From Enterobacter sp. kpr-6 (GTDB lineage Bacteria > Pseudomonadota > Gammaproteobacteria > Enterobacterales > Enterobacteriaceae), in the NCBI RefSeq assembly GCF_900116015.1, contig NZ_FOYH01000002.1, forward strand, positions 169,163-209,162: a DNA stretch of 40,000 nt, in the 5' to 3' direction. The notes below the pieces were generated by a model. The model had not been told where the DNA came from, made no database searches, and saw nothing but the letters and a program-made list of their open reading frames with translations. How positions within the stretch are numbered: the first letter of the stretch is position 1; every line of letters starts with the position of its first letter. Positions 18,409 to 29,517 of the stretch are shown here, one piece after another. A program made the translations under genes and the position numbers.

Positions 18409-19887
18409 TTACCCCGCCCGCAGCAGCACTCTGACTCTTTCATTACGGCAAAACTGCCGCTTCAGCTCGACCACCAGCGCATTCCGCGACAGCACGATCA
18501 TCACCGCGAACGCCAGCGCCCCGGCGAGCACTTGCGTAGCCAGCAGTGGCGCAAGCGTCAGATGCCCGGCCAGCGCCACGCCGAGGCCATAACTCACTAC
18601 CAGCGTCGGCAGCGACAGATAAAACGGCAGCCACAGGCTCAGGATGTACTGCCGGTAGCTGGCCCCCAGCACCGGTTTAATCATCACGAAATAAGTCAGC
18701 ACGGTGTTGATAATCTGCACCAGCAAAAAGCCGAGCGTCACGCCGAGCGCACCGCCCAGATGACCGCCCGCGATAATGGCCGGTACAAACAAAAACGTTT
18801 TAAAAACATTGAATTTAAAGCTGATATCCACGCGGGCTTTCGCCATCAGCAGCGACCCGACCGGGTTCCCCACCGCACGCAGCAGGCCCACAATGCACAG
18901 CAGTTGCAGGATCGGAATGATGCTGTTCCACTTCTCGCCAAACACCAGCGGCACAAAGTGATTCGCCACCACCATCAGGCCAAGCAAGATCGGGAAGTTA
19001 ATAATCCCCACCACCGACAGCAGCTTGTAGAAATTAAGCCGCAGCTTCTCCATGTCGTCCTGAATTTTGGCGAACGCCGGGAACAGCACGCGGGTGATGA
19101 TCGGGTTGAGCTTCATCGGCGGCACCACGGCGACGTTGTACGCCAGGTTATAGCCGCCCGCGACGCTGGCCCCGAGAATGCGCGCCAGTACAAGCGTAGA
19201 GAGGTTGGTATTGACGTAGTTGATGACGCTGTCGGCGGTGAGCCACGCGCCAAACCGCAGGTTAGAACTGACCGACGCCAGCGAAAAATGCAGTCCGGGA
19301 CGGTAGATTTTGCGGCCAAAAAAGCCGAACAGCAGCGTGCGCACGGTGGTGTTGACCAGATAACCGAGGATCGCAGTTAACGCCAGCGGCCAGTACCAGG
19401 CGCTGATCACTGTAAAGCTAAATCCGGCCATCACTGACACCGTTTCAATCATGCCGATCTTGCGAAACTCCAGCTCCTTTTGCATCAGCGCGCGGAACTG
19501 CTGCCCGTGCGGGATCAGCACGAACGCCACCGACAGGGTTTTGATCAGCGATTCCAGATCCGGGTTATTCAGCGCATCGGCAATCAGGCCGCTTAACAGG
19601 AACATCGCCACGCAGACCACCAGCCCCAGCCCGACGTTCAGCCAGTACAGGGTGGTGAGTTCGAGGTGGCTGATCTCTTTACGCTGGATAATCGAGTTGG
19701 CGATACCGAAATCCGACAGCGTATCGGCCAGCGCGATGATCACCAGCGATACGGTCAGCAGGCCAAACTGGTGGTTGTCGATAATGCGGGCAAGCCAGGT
19801 CATCTGCACCAGCCCAAGGCCGATGATGATGAGCGTGGCCATGGCTGACCACTTTGCTCCGCTGATGGTTTTCTCTCTCAGGCTCAT
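18409..19887 (-). CDS. wzxC: Colanic acid repeat-unit flippase WzxC
   Basis: 492 aa polytopic MOP-family protein. MSLREKTISGAKWSAMATLIIIGLGLVQMTWLARII is the conserved N-terminus. Synteny supports the call. Confidence 0.9.
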   Translation of the reverse strand: MSLREKTISGAKWSAMATLIIIGLGLVQMTWLARIIDNHQFGLLTVSLVIIALADTLSDFGIANSIIQRKEISHLELTTLYWLNVGLGLVVCVAMFLLSGLIADALNNPDLESLIKTLSVAFVLIPHGQQFRALMQKELEFRKIGMIETVSVMAGFSFTVISAWYWPLALTAILGYLVNTTVRTLLFGFFGRKIYRPGLHFSLASVSSNLRFGAWLTADSVINYVNTNLSTLVLARILGASVAGGYNLAYNVAVVPPMKLNPIITRVLFPAFAKIQDDMEKLRLNFYKLLSVVGIINFPILLGLMVVANHFVPLVFGEKWNSIIPILQLLCIVGLLRAVGNPVGSLLMAKARVDISFKFNVFKTFLFVPAIIAGGHLGGALGVTLGFLLVQIINTVLTYFVMIKPVLGASYRQYILSLWLPFYLSLPTLVVSYGLGVALAGHLTLAPLLATQVLAGALAFAVMIVLSRNALVVELKRQFCRNERVRVLLRAG

Positions 19888-19898
19888 GATCTGCTCAC

Positions 19899-21293
19899 TC
19901 AGTACGCTGCTTTATTCACAAAGCCTTTGAAGATGGTCAGAAAAACGATTTTGATATCAAACCAGAGGCTCCACTCGCGGATGTACTCCAGGTCGAACTC
20001 GATGCGTTTTTCCATTTTTTCCAGCGTATCCGTCTCGCCGCGCCAGCCGTTGATTTGTGCCCAGCCGGTAATGCCCGGCTTCACTTTGTGACGCAGCATG
20101 TAGCCCTGAATCAGCGTACGGTACTGCTCGTTATGCGCCACGGCATGCGGACGCGGCCCGACAATCGACATCCCGCCGGTTAGCACATTGATAAACTGCG
20201 GAAGTTCATCAAGCGATGTGCGGCGCAGGAAGTTGCCGACGCGGGTAACGCGCGGATCGTTTTGCGTCGCCTGTGTCACCACGGCGGCATTTTCCATCAC
20301 TTTCATAGAACGGAATTTCCACACCATGATCGGCTTGCCGTCCATGCCGTAGCGCGTCTGGCGGAAAATCACCGGGCCTGGCGAGCTGATTTTGACCGCG
20401 GCGGCGATGCACAGCAGCACGGGCGAAATCAGCAGCAAAATCATCGACGACAGCACGATATCTTCCACCCGCTTCAGTACGCGGTTCATGCCGGAGAGCG
20501 GCGTGTCGTACAGCGGCACCACCGGCACCCCGTTCATCTCCTCAATGCGCGAATGCAGAATATTGAAGGTGAACACGTCCGGGATGAGGATCACCGAACA
20601 GGTGGTGTCTGCCAGTTCGCGCACCAGGCGTTTGATGCCCGACTCTTCGCTCATCGGCATGGCAATGTAGACGTTATGAATTTTGGCGGCTTTGGCGTCT
20701 TCCAGCAGTTGCTCGTAATTACCCGCCCAGTCAGCGGTCACACCGCCCGCTTTCGGATCGTGATAGACACCGACCACTTCAAACCCCAGCCACGGCTCAT
20801 TGCGAAAGCTGTCCAGCAGCAGTTGCCCGACCGCCAGATCGCCCGCCACCGCCACCCGCCGGGTGTTGTACCCATGGTTGCGCAGCCAGCCCGCCATAAA
20901 ACGGATTAACGTGCGGCTGACCACCAGCCCGACGCTGCTCAACACATACCAGGCGAAAAACACGGAAAAGGTGTTATCGAAATCGGCGTTAAAGGCCATC
21001 AGTCCGGCGCTGAAAATCAGGCTCAGCGTCCAGTTTTGCAGCAGCAGCACCAGTTCGGTGGAGATTTTCACCCCGCGCCAGGAGCGGTAAAAATCAGTCA
21101 TCCCGCCGATCATCTGGAACACCACCAGCGTGATCAGGGCCATGAGGAGATGCAGATAGAAAAAAGGGAGCGCGTGGAGCTTACAGACAATCCATAGCCC
21201 ACCGAACATGATGGTGATGTCTGAGAATCGCTGCACCATTGAGATTAACGATGCATTGGTCTTCGCCCGTTCGCGCTTTTTTAGATTTGTCAT
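19899..21293 (-). CDS. wcaJ: Undecaprenyl-phosphate glucose-1-phosphate transferase WcaJ (initiating PGT)
   Basis: 464 aa. MTNLKKRERAKTNASLISMVQRFSDITIMF is identical to the recalled E. coli WcaJ N-terminus. The C-terminus has the bacterial sugar-transferase domain (DELPQFINVL.GGMSIVGPRP...GITGWAQI). Confidence 0.95.
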   Translation of the reverse strand: MTNLKKRERAKTNASLISMVQRFSDITIMFGGLWIVCKLHALPFFYLHLLMALITLVVFQMIGGMTDFYRSWRGVKISTELVLLLQNWTLSLIFSAGLMAFNADFDNTFSVFFAWYVLSSVGLVVSRTLIRFMAGWLRNHGYNTRRVAVAGDLAVGQLLLDSFRNEPWLGFEVVGVYHDPKAGGVTADWAGNYEQLLEDAKAAKIHNVYIAMPMSEESGIKRLVRELADTTCSVILIPDVFTFNILHSRIEEMNGVPVVPLYDTPLSGMNRVLKRVEDIVLSSMILLLISPVLLCIAAAVKISSPGPVIFRQTRYGMDGKPIMVWKFRSMKVMENAAVVTQATQNDPRVTRVGNFLRRTSLDELPQFINVLTGGMSIVGPRPHAVAHNEQYRTLIQGYMLRHKVKPGITGWAQINGWRGETDTLEKMEKRIEFDLEYIREWSLWFDIKIVFLTIFKGFVNKAAY

Positions 21294-21314
21294 CGCTGTT
21301 CCTGTTTATTTTTT

Positions 21315-21361
21315 CCCCTCACCCTAACCCTCTCCCACAGGGAGAGGGCCGGGGTGAGGGG
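21315..21361. repeat. Compact 47-bp nested palindrome (prototype copy), wcaJ/cpsG junction
   Basis: CCCCTCACCC-taa-CCCTCTCCC-aca-GGGAGAGGG-ccg-GGGTGAGGGG is a perfect two-tier inverted repeat. It is in the opposite orientation to the other four loci, judged by the taa/ccg linkers. Confidence 0.9.
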
Positions 21362-21374
21362 TCACCGCCCTCAA

Positions 21375-22745
21375 TTACTGATTCAACAGCGCCAGAATGG
21401 CCTCGGTTCGCGCTTCCATCAGCGCCACATCGCGGCGCGATTCCACATTCAGCCGCACAACCGGCTCGGTATTGGATGAACGCAAATTAAAGCGCCAGTC
21501 CGTAAACGCCATGCTGATTCCATCCGTGCGGTCGATCTCCAGTGCGTCCGGCGCAAAGTGCTGCTCGACGCGGGCAATAGCCGTTACCGGATCGGCCAGT
21601 TTGCGGTTAATCTCGCCGCTCGCCGGAAATGCCGACATGCGATCGCGGACCAGTTCACTGAGCGACTGTTTTTTCAGGCACAGCAGTTCCGTCACCAGCA
21701 GCCAGGGGATCATCCCGCTGTCGCAGTAGGCAAAATCACGGAAATAGTGGTGCGCGCTCATCTCGCCACCGTAGATGGCGTCTTCCTCGCGCATCCGTTC
21801 TTTAATGAACGCGTGACCGGTTTTCGACATCACCGGCTCGCCACCGGCTGCCGTGACCACATCAACGGTGTTCCAGGAGAGGCGCGGATCGTGAATGATT
21901 TTCGCGCCGGGGTGTTTCTCCAGGAACGCTTCTGCCAGCAGGCCGACGATGTAATAGCCTTCAATAAACTGACCGTCGCCATCAAACAGGAAGCAGCGGT
22001 CGAAATCACCGTCAAACGCGATGCCCATATCCGCGCCGTGCTCAATCACCGCGTTGCGGGTATCGGCGCGGCACTCAGGCAGCAGCGGGTTAGGAATGCC
22101 GTTCGGGAAGTTGCCGTCCGGGGTGTTGTGCACTTTGATAAAAGTCACCGGCACGCCGCGGGCTTTAAAGCGCGCTTCGATGGCATCCACCACCGGACCA
22201 GCCGCGCCGTTACCGGAGTTAATCACCAGTTTCAGCGGCGTGAGGTTATTAAGATCGATGTAGCCAAGCAGGTGATCGATATAGGCGTCACGCAGATCGA
22301 TTTTTTTGTACGTGCCGCGCGCAGCCTCATTGACCGGCGGGAAGTCGTTGGCTTCGGCAAGGCGCTGCACATCGCGCAGGCCGGTGTCGCCGCTGATTGG
22401 CCGTGCGCCTTTGCGCACCAGCTTCATGCCGTTGTAGTCCATCGGGTTATGGCTGGCGGTGACTTCGATGCCGCCATCAACGCCCAAATGGAAAGTGGCA
22501 AAATAAATCTCTTCAGTGCCGGACAGCCCAATGTCCAGCACGTCCACGCCCGCGTCCTGCAACCCTTTTGCCAGCGCCAGTTTAAGCTGCTCACTGGTCA
22601 GGCGCACATCACCGCCGAGCACAATGGTCTGCGGCTTCAGGTATTCGCCATACGCACGACCGATGCGCCAGGCGATGTCTTCATTAAGCTCTTCGCCGAG
22701 TTTGCCGCGAATATCGTAGGCTTTAAAACAGGTTAATTTTTCCAT
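21375..22745 (-). CDS. cpsG: Phosphomannomutase CpsG/ManB
   Basis: The track ORF extends to 22766. The start is more likely ATG 22745 ([23 protein letters not shown], versus K-12 [14 protein letters not shown]), with GAGG 7 nt upstream. The TASHNP active-site serine loop is present. Confidence 0.93.
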   Translation of the reverse strand: MEKLTCFKAYDIRGKLGEELNEDIAWRIGRAYGEYLKPQTIVLGGDVRLTSEQLKLALAKGLQDAGVDVLDIGLSGTEEIYFATFHLGVDGGIEVTASHNPMDYNGMKLVRKGARPISGDTGLRDVQRLAEANDFPPVNEAARGTYKKIDLRDAYIDHLLGYIDLNNLTPLKLVINSGNGAAGPVVDAIEARFKARGVPVTFIKVHNTPDGNFPNGIPNPLLPECRADTRNAVIEHGADMGIAFDGDFDRCFLFDGDGQFIEGYYIVGLLAEAFLEKHPGAKIIHDPRLSWNTVDVVTAAGGEPVMSKTGHAFIKERMREEDAIYGGEMSAHHYFRDFAYCDSGMIPWLLVTELLCLKKQSLSELVRDRMSAFPASGEINRKLADPVTAIARVEQHFAPDALEIDRTDGISMAFTDWRFNLRSSNTEPVVRLNVESRRDVALMEARTEAILALLNQ

Positions 22746-22777
22746 AATGACCTCGTTTTCAGGCAATGCTCAACCTG

Positions 22778-22839
22778 GGCCTGATAACAGGCCAATTCAG
22801 TTTTCATTTTTATTGCCCGGTAATGCTGCGCTTACCGGC
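22778..22839. repeat. Classical REP/BIME-like pair of hairpins in the cpsB-cpsG spacer
   Basis: GGCCTG-ataa-CAGGCC (22778..22793) and GCCCGGTAAtgctgcgcTTACCGGC (22815..22839). The latter resembles the enterobacterial REP consensus class (GCC[G/T]GAT...). This is a different family from the GGGAGAGGG repeats. Confidence 0.6.
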
Positions 22840-22844
22840 AAAAA

Positions 22845-24281
22845 TCAGACTCGCCCGTAGCGATCCTCAAAACGCACAATGTCGTCTTCTTCGAGATAGG
22901 AGCCGGAGCGCACTTCAATTAAATCGAGCGGAATTTTCCCTGGGTTTTCCAGGCAGTGGGTCGCACCGAGCGGAATATAAATCGACTCGTTTTCGCCCAG
23001 CAGTTTGACTTCATCGTTGATGGTGACTTTCGCGGTGCCCGCCACGATCACCCAGTGCTCGGCGCGGTGATGATGCATCTGCACCGACAGCCCCTCGCCC
23101 GGCTTCACGGTGATGCGCTTCACCTGGTAGCGTTCGCCGGTATCGATAGAGTCATATTTCCCCCACGGACGGTAAACTTCCCGGTGGATATGGTGCTCAT
23201 GGCGGCCATCGGATTTGATCTGCTCAACCACTTTTTTGACGTCCTGCACCGAATTGCGATCGGCGATCAGCACCGCGTCTTTGGTTTGCACCACCACCAG
23301 ATCCTTTACCCCCACGGTGGTCACCAGCCCCGATTCCGCATAGACATAGCTGTTTTCGGTTTTATGGCTGATAACGTCGCCGTGATGGACGTTTCCCTCC
23401 GGCGTATGGGCGCTGATTTCCCACAGTGATGACCAGGAGCCGACATCGCTCCAGCCCGCGTCCATCGGCACCACCACCGCATCGGCGGTTTTTTCCATCA
23501 CTGCGTAATCCACGGACTCTTCCGGGCATTCGAGGAACGCTTCTTCATCGACGCGGATAAAATCGAGATCCGGATCGACGGTCGCCATCGCCTTCTCGCA
23601 GGCCGCGAGGATATCCGGGCGGAACTTCGCCAGCTCCTCCAGATAGCGTCCGGCGCGGAACAGGAACATGCCGCTGTTCCAGTAATATTCCCCGCTGGCG
23701 ACATAGGCCTGCGCGGTTTCCAGATCCGGTTTTTCAACGAACTGCGCCACGTCAAAGGCCACCGCATCCACTTCACCCGGGCTGACGTCGCCCCGGCGAA
23801 TATAGCCGTAGCCGGTTTCCGGCAGATCCGGCACGATGCCAAAGGTCACCAGCTTGCCGCTTTCGGCAAACGGCATCGCCGCACGCACCGCGTCGCGGAA
23901 AGCTTCTTCATTTTGAATCACATGATCCGCCGCCAGCACCAGCATCAGCGGATCGGCATCCGGGCTGTTGCGTTTTGCCGCCAGCGCCGCCAGCGCAATG
24001 GCAGGCGCGGTATTGCGTCCGGCAGGTTCCAGAATGATGTTTTCCGTCAGCTTGTTGAGCTGACGCAGTTGTTCGGCAACGATAAAGCGGTGCTGTTCGT
24101 TGCAAATCACCACCGGGCTTTCGCACTCGACACCACTCAGACGGCACACCGTCGTTTGCAGCATCGTCAGTTCGCCCTTCAGGCATAAAAACTGTTTGGG
24201 ATAGAGCACGCGGGACAGCGGCCACAGACGACTACCGGTACCCCCGGCCATCACCACCGGATAAAGTATGGATTTAGGCAT
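22845..24281 (-). CDS. cpsB: Mannose-1-phosphate guanylyltransferase CpsB/ManC
   Basis: 478 aa. [26 protein letters not shown] is the nucleotidyltransferase motif. There is a C-terminal cupin ([17 protein letters not shown]). It is colinear with recalled E. coli CpsB. Confidence 0.95.
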   Translation of the reverse strand: MPKSILYPVVMAGGTGSRLWPLSRVLYPKQFLCLKGELTMLQTTVCRLSGVECESPVVICNEQHRFIVAEQLRQLNKLTENIILEPAGRNTAPAIALAALAAKRNSPDADPLMLVLAADHVIQNEEAFRDAVRAAMPFAESGKLVTFGIVPDLPETGYGYIRRGDVSPGEVDAVAFDVAQFVEKPDLETAQAYVASGEYYWNSGMFLFRAGRYLEELAKFRPDILAACEKAMATVDPDLDFIRVDEEAFLECPEESVDYAVMEKTADAVVVPMDAGWSDVGSWSSLWEISAHTPEGNVHHGDVISHKTENSYVYAESGLVTTVGVKDLVVVQTKDAVLIADRNSVQDVKKVVEQIKSDGRHEHHIHREVYRPWGKYDSIDTGERYQVKRITVKPGEGLSVQMHHHRAEHWVIVAGTAKVTINDEVKLLGENESIYIPLGATHCLENPGKIPLDLIEVRSGSYLEEDDIVRFEDRYGRV

Positions 24282-24286
24282 TTTTT

Positions 24287-25510
24287 TTAATCCCGGATAT
24301 CTGCAATAAACTGGCTTAACACGCTCTCTTTTTCGAGCGTGCGTTCGGCATATTCACGTGCCACCGTGTTGGTTTTGGGCATCACCATCGCCTGCTCGAT
24401 GCCGGCGATCAGCGCATCGACCGATTCCGGTTCGACGCACACCGCGATCCCCGTATGGGCGTCGCAAAGCTGGCCAAGTTCGGTCGCGGCTTCTGCGGTG
24501 ATCACCGCATTGCCGCCGACGGCCAGAATATTGGTAAGTTTTGACGGCAGCACCGCATCGGCGGCACCCCGTTTCTGGATCACCAGATGGCAATCGGCCA
24601 TTTTCAGCAGCGCAGGCAGCGCGTCATAGGACTGCAACGGGTGGAAAACCACGTTGGTCAGGCCGCGCTCGCGGGCCAGATTTTCCAGCCGCGCCTTGCC
24701 ACCGCCCTGACCGACAATCACAAACAGCCACGGCTTGTCGTGCAGTCTGGCAGCGGCGTCGATCACCGTTTCCAGGCCCTGCTTCTCACCGATGTTGCCG
24801 GAGTAAAGAATGATGTTTTTATCCTGCGGCAGCGCCAGTTGCTGACGAAGTGCCAGCGCATCTTCATCAGTAACGTCGCGAAAACGCGCCACTTCCGACC
24901 AGTTCGGGAAGAAAATGATCTTTTCCGCCGCCACGCCCTTTTCTTGTGCTTTGTTCATCATCGAGCGGGAGATGGTCGATACGTTATCGACGTTGTGCAG
25001 GCCGTTGCGCTCAAAGGCGCTGGCCAGGCGAGCGATTTTGCCGCCCTTGCCTTTGCCCGCCATTCCCAGACCGAGCATGGCGTCCACTTCATAATCCTGA
25101 ATATGCAGCAGGGTGCGCGCGCCGGAGAGTCTGGCCAGCAGGCGCATCCCCGGTGTACAAAACAGCGTCGGCACCACGCCGATAATGCGATCCGGCTTCC
25201 AGCGGCGCTGCGCCATCAGCGGGAAAAAGCTGCTCAGCGCAAAGCTGCTCAGGTGGATCAGGCGCTTTAACGTTGAGGGTTGTTTCGGCACATAGAGCGG
25301 GCAGCGCCAGACGGTCGCCGCGCCCTCTTCCCGGCGGTAGCGCCAGGCAGAATAACGTTCACCCACTTTCCATTCCGGGTAGTAAGGCGGCGCGGTGATC
25401 ACCCGCACGTCATGGCCCTCGCGGGCCATCCATTCCACCATTTCGCCGGTGTATTTGCCGATCCCGGTCAGCTCCGGCGAGTAGTTAATTCCGTATACCA
25501 GGATCTTCAT
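24287..25510 (-). CDS. wcaI: Colanic acid glycosyltransferase WcaI
   Basis: 407 aa. [24 protein letters not shown] is the WcaI-type GT4 N-terminus. It has a 4-nt overlap with gmm. Confidence 0.9.
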   Translation of the reverse strand: MKILVYGINYSPELTGIGKYTGEMVEWMAREGHDVRVITAPPYYPEWKVGERYSAWRYRREEGAATVWRCPLYVPKQPSTLKRLIHLSSFALSSFFPLMAQRRWKPDRIIGVVPTLFCTPGMRLLARLSGARTLLHIQDYEVDAMLGLGMAGKGKGGKIARLASAFERNGLHNVDNVSTISRSMMNKAQEKGVAAEKIIFFPNWSEVARFRDVTDEDALALRQQLALPQDKNIILYSGNIGEKQGLETVIDAAARLHDKPWLFVIVGQGGGKARLENLARERGLTNVVFHPLQSYDALPALLKMADCHLVIQKRGAADAVLPSKLTNILAVGGNAVITAEAATELGQLCDAHTGIAVCVEPESVDALIAGIEQAMVMPKTNTVAREYAERTLEKESVLSQFIADIRD

Positions 25511-25983
25511 AAGCCCGGTACCCCGGACTTATCCGCCGCAAAATAGGCACGGCTGTTGGCATGCACGTTGTCGCTGGCCAAAATCGCCTCAGGCGACTGC
25601 CAGCGCCACGCGCCGTGCTGTTCGGCGGGCAGCGTAAGCGTCGTTTCATCAATCTTCAGGCGAAAGCCGAGCACGATGTAGTGCGTGGAAAAATCCCGGC
25701 CTGAAAAGTTGTCGTCATAGAAGTGCTGCCAGACGCCGTAGAACTCCCCTGCCTCAATCGGTAAGGAAACACCCAGTTCGGCTTCGGTCAGACGCTCAAA
25801 CGCGGCTGCCAGTGGCTCATCCTTTTGCACGCGCCCGCCGGGCACGAACCAGTAGCCCTGCGCCGGGCGGTTGGTGCGCTCACCGAGTAAAAACTCACCG
25901 CGCGAGTTCTCCACGATCAAATCGATGGAGATCAGCGGCGTGGCGCGTACCACCGTGGCGAAATCTTCCTGACTTAAAAACAT
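25507..25983 (-). CDS. gmm: GDP-mannose mannosyl hydrolase (Nudix) Gmm/WcaH
   Basis: 158 aa. [26 protein letters not shown]...[29 protein letters not shown] carries the Nudix box and is colinear with recalled E. coli Gmm. Confidence 0.93.
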   Translation of the reverse strand: MFLSQEDFATVVRATPLISIDLIVENSRGEFLLGERTNRPAQGYWFVPGGRVQKDEPLAAAFERLTEAELGVSLPIEAGEFYGVWQHFYDDNFSGRDFSTHYIVLGFRLKIDETTLTLPAEQHGAWRWQSPEAILASDNVHANSRAYFAADKSGVPGL

Positions 25984-25985
25984 GC

Positions 25986-26951
25986 TTACCCCCGGAACCG
26001 CTGCTGGTTTTCAAGGAACCACTGATAGGTGCTTGCCAGCCCAGCCTCAAGCGAGACCTCGTGATACCAGCCCAGTTGATGCAGACGCGTCACATCTAGC
26101 AGCTTGCGCGGCGTGCCGTCGGGTTTGCTGGCGTCAAACACCACGCGCCCTTTAAAGCCCGTCACCTGTGCCAGCGTCTGCGCCAGTTCGCGGATGGTGC
26201 AGTCCACCCCGGTGCCGACGTTAATGTGCGACAGCATCGGTTCGGTGTTTTCCGCCCACACCTCGCGATCCAGTTCCATCACATGAATGCTGGCCGCGGC
26301 CATATCATCCACGTGCAGGAACTCACGCATCGGCGTGCCGCTGCCCCACACCACCACGTCGGTGGCGTTTTGCTGTGCGGCTTCATGGAAGCGACGCAGC
26401 AGCGCCGGGATCACATGGGAATTGCTCGGGTGGAAGTTGTCGTTCGGCCCGTACAGATTGGTCGGCATCACCGAGCGATAATCGCGCCCGTACTGGCGGT
26501 TATAGGACTCGCACAGTTTGATCCCGGCAATTTTGGCAATGGCATACGGCTCGTTGGTGGCTTCGAGCGTGCCCTGTAACAGTTCGCTCTCCGCCATCGG
26601 TTGCTGGGCCATTTTCGGGTAGATGCAGGACGAGCCGAGAAACAGTAGCTTGTTCACGTTGTGCGTATGCGCGGCGTGAATGATGTTGCTCTCAATCATC
26701 AGGTTTTCGAAAATGAACTCCGCCGGATAGGTGTTGTTGGCGACAATGCCGCCCACCTTCGCTGCCGCCAGATAAACCTGATCGATCGACTGAGTGGCAA
26801 AAAACTCATCCACCGCGCGTGCATCCAGCAGATTAAGTTCATCGCGGGTGCGCAGAATCAGTTCAACGTCACCGCGCTGCTCAAGCTGGCGTACGATGGC
26901 CGATCCCACCATTCCGCGATGACCGGCGACAAAGATACGTTGTTTACTCAT
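25986..26951 (-). CDS. fcl: GDP-L-fucose synthase
   Basis: 321 aa. [19 protein letters not shown]...LGSSCIYPK...YAIAKIAG carries the SDR motifs of Fcl/WcaG. Confidence 0.95.
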   Translation of the reverse strand: MSKQRIFVAGHRGMVGSAIVRQLEQRGDVELILRTRDELNLLDARAVDEFFATQSIDQVYLAAAKVGGIVANNTYPAEFIFENLMIESNIIHAAHTHNVNKLLFLGSSCIYPKMAQQPMAESELLQGTLEATNEPYAIAKIAGIKLCESYNRQYGRDYRSVMPTNLYGPNDNFHPSNSHVIPALLRRFHEAAQQNATDVVVWGSGTPMREFLHVDDMAAASIHVMELDREVWAENTEPMLSHINVGTGVDCTIRELAQTLAQVTGFKGRVVFDASKPDGTPRKLLDVTRLHQLGWYHEVSLEAGLASTYQWFLENQQRFRG

Positions 26952-26953
26952 TC

Positions 26954-28075
26954 TCAGGACTCCAGCGCGATAGCCACATCGTACCCGTGCGCTTTCAGCA
27001 GGGAGTGTTTCTTCGCGGATTCCAGATCCTTGGCAACCATTTCAGACACCATTTCCTGGAGGGTGATTTCCGGTTTCCAGCCCAGTTTTTCGTGCGCTTT
27101 GCTCGGATCGCCAAGCAGGGTTTCCACTTCCGCCGGACGGAAGTAACGCGGGTCAACGGAGATGATCACATCGCCTGGTTTCACACCCGGTGCATCATGA
27201 CCGGTCACGGATACCACGATGCCTTTTTCGTCAACGCCGGTGCCTTCAAAGCGCAGTTTGATGCCCAGTTGCGCCGCCGCCATTTCCACGAACTGACGCA
27301 CGGAGTACTGCACGCCGGTGGCGATCACGAAGTCTTCCGGTTGTTCCTGTTGCAGCATCATCCACTGCATTTTCACGTAGTCTTTGGCATGGCCCCAGTC
27401 ACGCAGGGAATCCATGTTGCCGAGGTACAGGCAGGATTCGAGGCCCTGAGCGATGTTGGCAATCGCACGGGTGATTTTACGGGTCACGAAGGTTTCACCG
27501 CGACGCGCGGATTCGTGGTTGAACAGGATGCCGTTGCAGGCATACATGCCGTAGGATTCGCGGTAGTTAACGGTGATCCAGTAGGCATACAGTTTGGCGA
27601 CCGCATACGGCGAGCGCGGGTAGAACGGGGTGGTTTCTTTCTGCGGGATTTCCTGCACCAGACCGTACAGCTCAGAGGTGGAGGCCTGGTAGAAACGGGT
27701 TTTCTTCTCAAGACCGAGGAAGCGAATGGCTTCCAGCAGACGCAGGGTACCGATAGCATCCACGTCAGCGGTGTATTCCGGCGCTTCGAACGATACAGCA
27801 ACGTGGCTCATCGCACCCAGGTTGTAGACTTCATCCGGCTGCACTTCCTGGAGGATGCGCGTCAGGTTGGAGGTATCGGTCAGATCGCCGTAGTGCAGGT
27901 GGAATTTCGGGTTGGTGGTGTGCGGATCCTGATAGATGTGATCCACGCGCTCGGTGTTAAACGAAGAGGCACGACGTTTGATGCCGTGAACTTCATAGCC
28001 TTTTTCCAGAAGGAGCTCAGCCAGATAAGAGCCATCCTGCCCTGTTACGCCGGTAATGAGTGCTACTTTAGTCAT
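26954..28075 (-). CDS. gmd: GDP-mannose 4,6-dehydratase
   Basis: 373 aa. [46 protein letters not shown] is the canonical Gmd sequence. Confidence 0.95.
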   Translation of the reverse strand: MTKVALITGVTGQDGSYLAELLLEKGYEVHGIKRRASSFNTERVDHIYQDPHTTNPKFHLHYGDLTDTSNLTRILQEVQPDEVYNLGAMSHVAVSFEAPEYTADVDAIGTLRLLEAIRFLGLEKKTRFYQASTSELYGLVQEIPQKETTPFYPRSPYAVAKLYAYWITVNYRESYGMYACNGILFNHESARRGETFVTRKITRAIANIAQGLESCLYLGNMDSLRDWGHAKDYVKMQWMMLQQEQPEDFVIATGVQYSVRQFVEMAAAQLGIKLRFEGTGVDEKGIVVSVTGHDAPGVKPGDVIISVDPRYFRPAEVETLLGDPSKAHEKLGWKPEITLQEMVSEMVAKDLESAKKHSLLKAHGYDVAIALES

Positions 28076-28117
28076 GTTGGTTTTCCTTTGTTCAGTAGGA
28101 CGTTGTATTCGTTATTT

Positions 28118-28195
28118 CCCCTCACCCGGCCCTCTCCCCATGGGAGAGGGAGGATCGATCCCCTCTCCCTCAGGGAGAGGGTTAGGGTGAGGGTG
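28118..28195. repeat. Composite nested-palindrome repeat, gmd/wcaF junction (overlaps wcaF 3' end)
   Basis: CCCCTCACCCGGCCCTCTCCC-cat-GGGAGAGGG-ag-gatcgatc-CCCTCTCCC-tca-GGGAGAGGG-tta-GGGTGAGGG. Confidence 0.9.
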
Positions 28196-28742
28196 AAAAT
28201 TCTTCACTACGCTCCCGCACCACTTCTGCCGGATTCCCCCGGCAAATCACATTGCCCGGAAGCGATTTAAATACGCTGCTGCGCGCACCGACCACGGTGC
28301 CATCGCCAATCTGCACACCGGGGGCGACAAACACATCGGTCGCCAGCCAGCATTTCTCACCAATCACGATGGGCGTTGCGTTAATATCAAAATACGCGCT
28401 CTGATAATCGTGACTACCGGTGCATAAATAACAGTTTTGTGACACCACGGAATTTGCGCCGATAGCGATCTCACCGAGGGTATATAACACTGCGTCATCA
28501 CCGACCCAGCTATAATCACCGAGGGTTAATTTCCACGGATAGGTAATTTTTACCGAGGGGCGGATAACCACGCCCTTTCCGACTTTCGCGCCAAACAGAC
28601 GCAATAAAAAAGCCCGCCAGCGATACAATACCTGTGGTGACCAGGCAAATAAGGTTGCCTGTACCGCCCACCAGAGTTGAACTTTAATTGCGCTGGCACC
28701 CCGAAACCCCGCAGGCACGGAGAATCCTTGTAAATCTTGCAT
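28182..28742 (-). CDS. wcaF: Colanic acid O-acetyltransferase WcaF (hexapeptide)
   Basis: 186 aa. MQDLQGFSVPAGFRGASAIKVQLWWAVQATLFAWSPQVLYRWRAFLLRLFGAK is colinear with recalled E. coli WcaF. The last codons ...FSPSP-stop are read from the repeat arm. Confidence 0.92.
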   Translation of the reverse strand: MQDLQGFSVPAGFRGASAIKVQLWWAVQATLFAWSPQVLYRWRAFLLRLFGAKVGKGVVIRPSVKITYPWKLTLGDYSWVGDDAVLYTLGEIAIGANSVVSQNCYLCTGSHDYQSAYFDINATPIVIGEKCWLATDVFVAPGVQIGDGTVVGARSSVFKSLPGNVICRGNPAEVVRERSEEFSPSP

Positions 28743-28757
28743 TGTTTTTCCTTATAT

Positions 28758-29504
28758 TCAGGCTTTGTTATATAAGGCTTTTGTTTTACCGGTGGTGCGC
28801 TTACGCAGTAAATAAGATATTTCTGCCCAGAAGCCCGGCACGCGCAATATTTTGCGCTGGACGTTTTTGGCGTCGCGGCATAATTCCAGATTATTCGAGG
28901 TAGAGACACCACCCATGGAAAATTCCGAAACTAATCCTTTCAGACGTTTAAAGGAATATCCGGCCTTAAACATACGGGCGGTTAACGCATAATCAGATGA
29001 AACTTTATATTGCAAATCGTAAGGCCAGGATTTTAAACCGCTGACCGGGAAAAATATCGCCTGATGGCTGGCCGGTAAACTGTGGTAGATATACCAGCCG
29101 GGTTTCGCGCTGCGACGGCGTTTGGTACCGTCGCCAAAATCGAGTAATGCATCGCCAATATACATGGCGTCTTCATTGACATCTTTTAACTGGCGAACCA
29201 CATCGGCGACGTCCGGGTGGAAAATATCACCGGAATTAAGGAACAAGGCGAAGCGGCCTTCAGCCATCGCAATCCCTTTGTTCATCGCGTCATAAATGCC
29301 TTTATCTTTCTCGCTAACAAAACGTAAGTTGTACTGCCCGTTGAGATTTTCGAGAAATTCTGCGGTGCCGTCATTTGAACCGCCGTCCACCACGATCCAT
29401 TCAAAAGTGATGTCGTGGGCCTCCGCCAGATGCGCCAGGGACGCCTGCGTTTTCACCACGCCGTCATAATTGCGAAACGCGACGGTAATAACACTGAGAA
29501 GCAT
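28758..29504 (-). CDS. wcaE: Colanic acid glycosyltransferase WcaE (GT2)
   Basis: The track ORF begins at a GTG (29513). ATG 29504 ([12 protein letters not shown], as in K-12 MLLSIITVAFRN) has AAGGTGG 6-10 nt upstream and is preferred. Confidence 0.9.
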   Translation of the reverse strand: MLLSVITVAFRNYDGVVKTQASLAHLAEAHDITFEWIVVDGGSNDGTAEFLENLNGQYNLRFVSEKDKGIYDAMNKGIAMAEGRFALFLNSGDIFHPDVADVVRQLKDVNEDAMYIGDALLDFGDGTKRRRSAKPGWYIYHSLPASHQAIFFPVSGLKSWPYDLQYKVSSDYALTARMFKAGYSFKRLKGLVSEFSMGGVSTSNNLELCRDAKNVQRKILRVPGFWAEISYLLRKRTTGKTKALYNKA

Positions 29505-29517
29505 GGAAGCCACCTTT

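Noticed and set aside
22746-22766. N-terminal extensions of track ORFs: cpsG to 22766, wzc to 35582, wcaD to 30810, wcaE GTG at 29513
   Set aside because: The extensions are not conserved relative to recalled K-12 orthologues. Internal ATGs give the canonical N-termini with better Shine-Dalgarno spacing. The wcaD extension would require a long overlap with wcaC.
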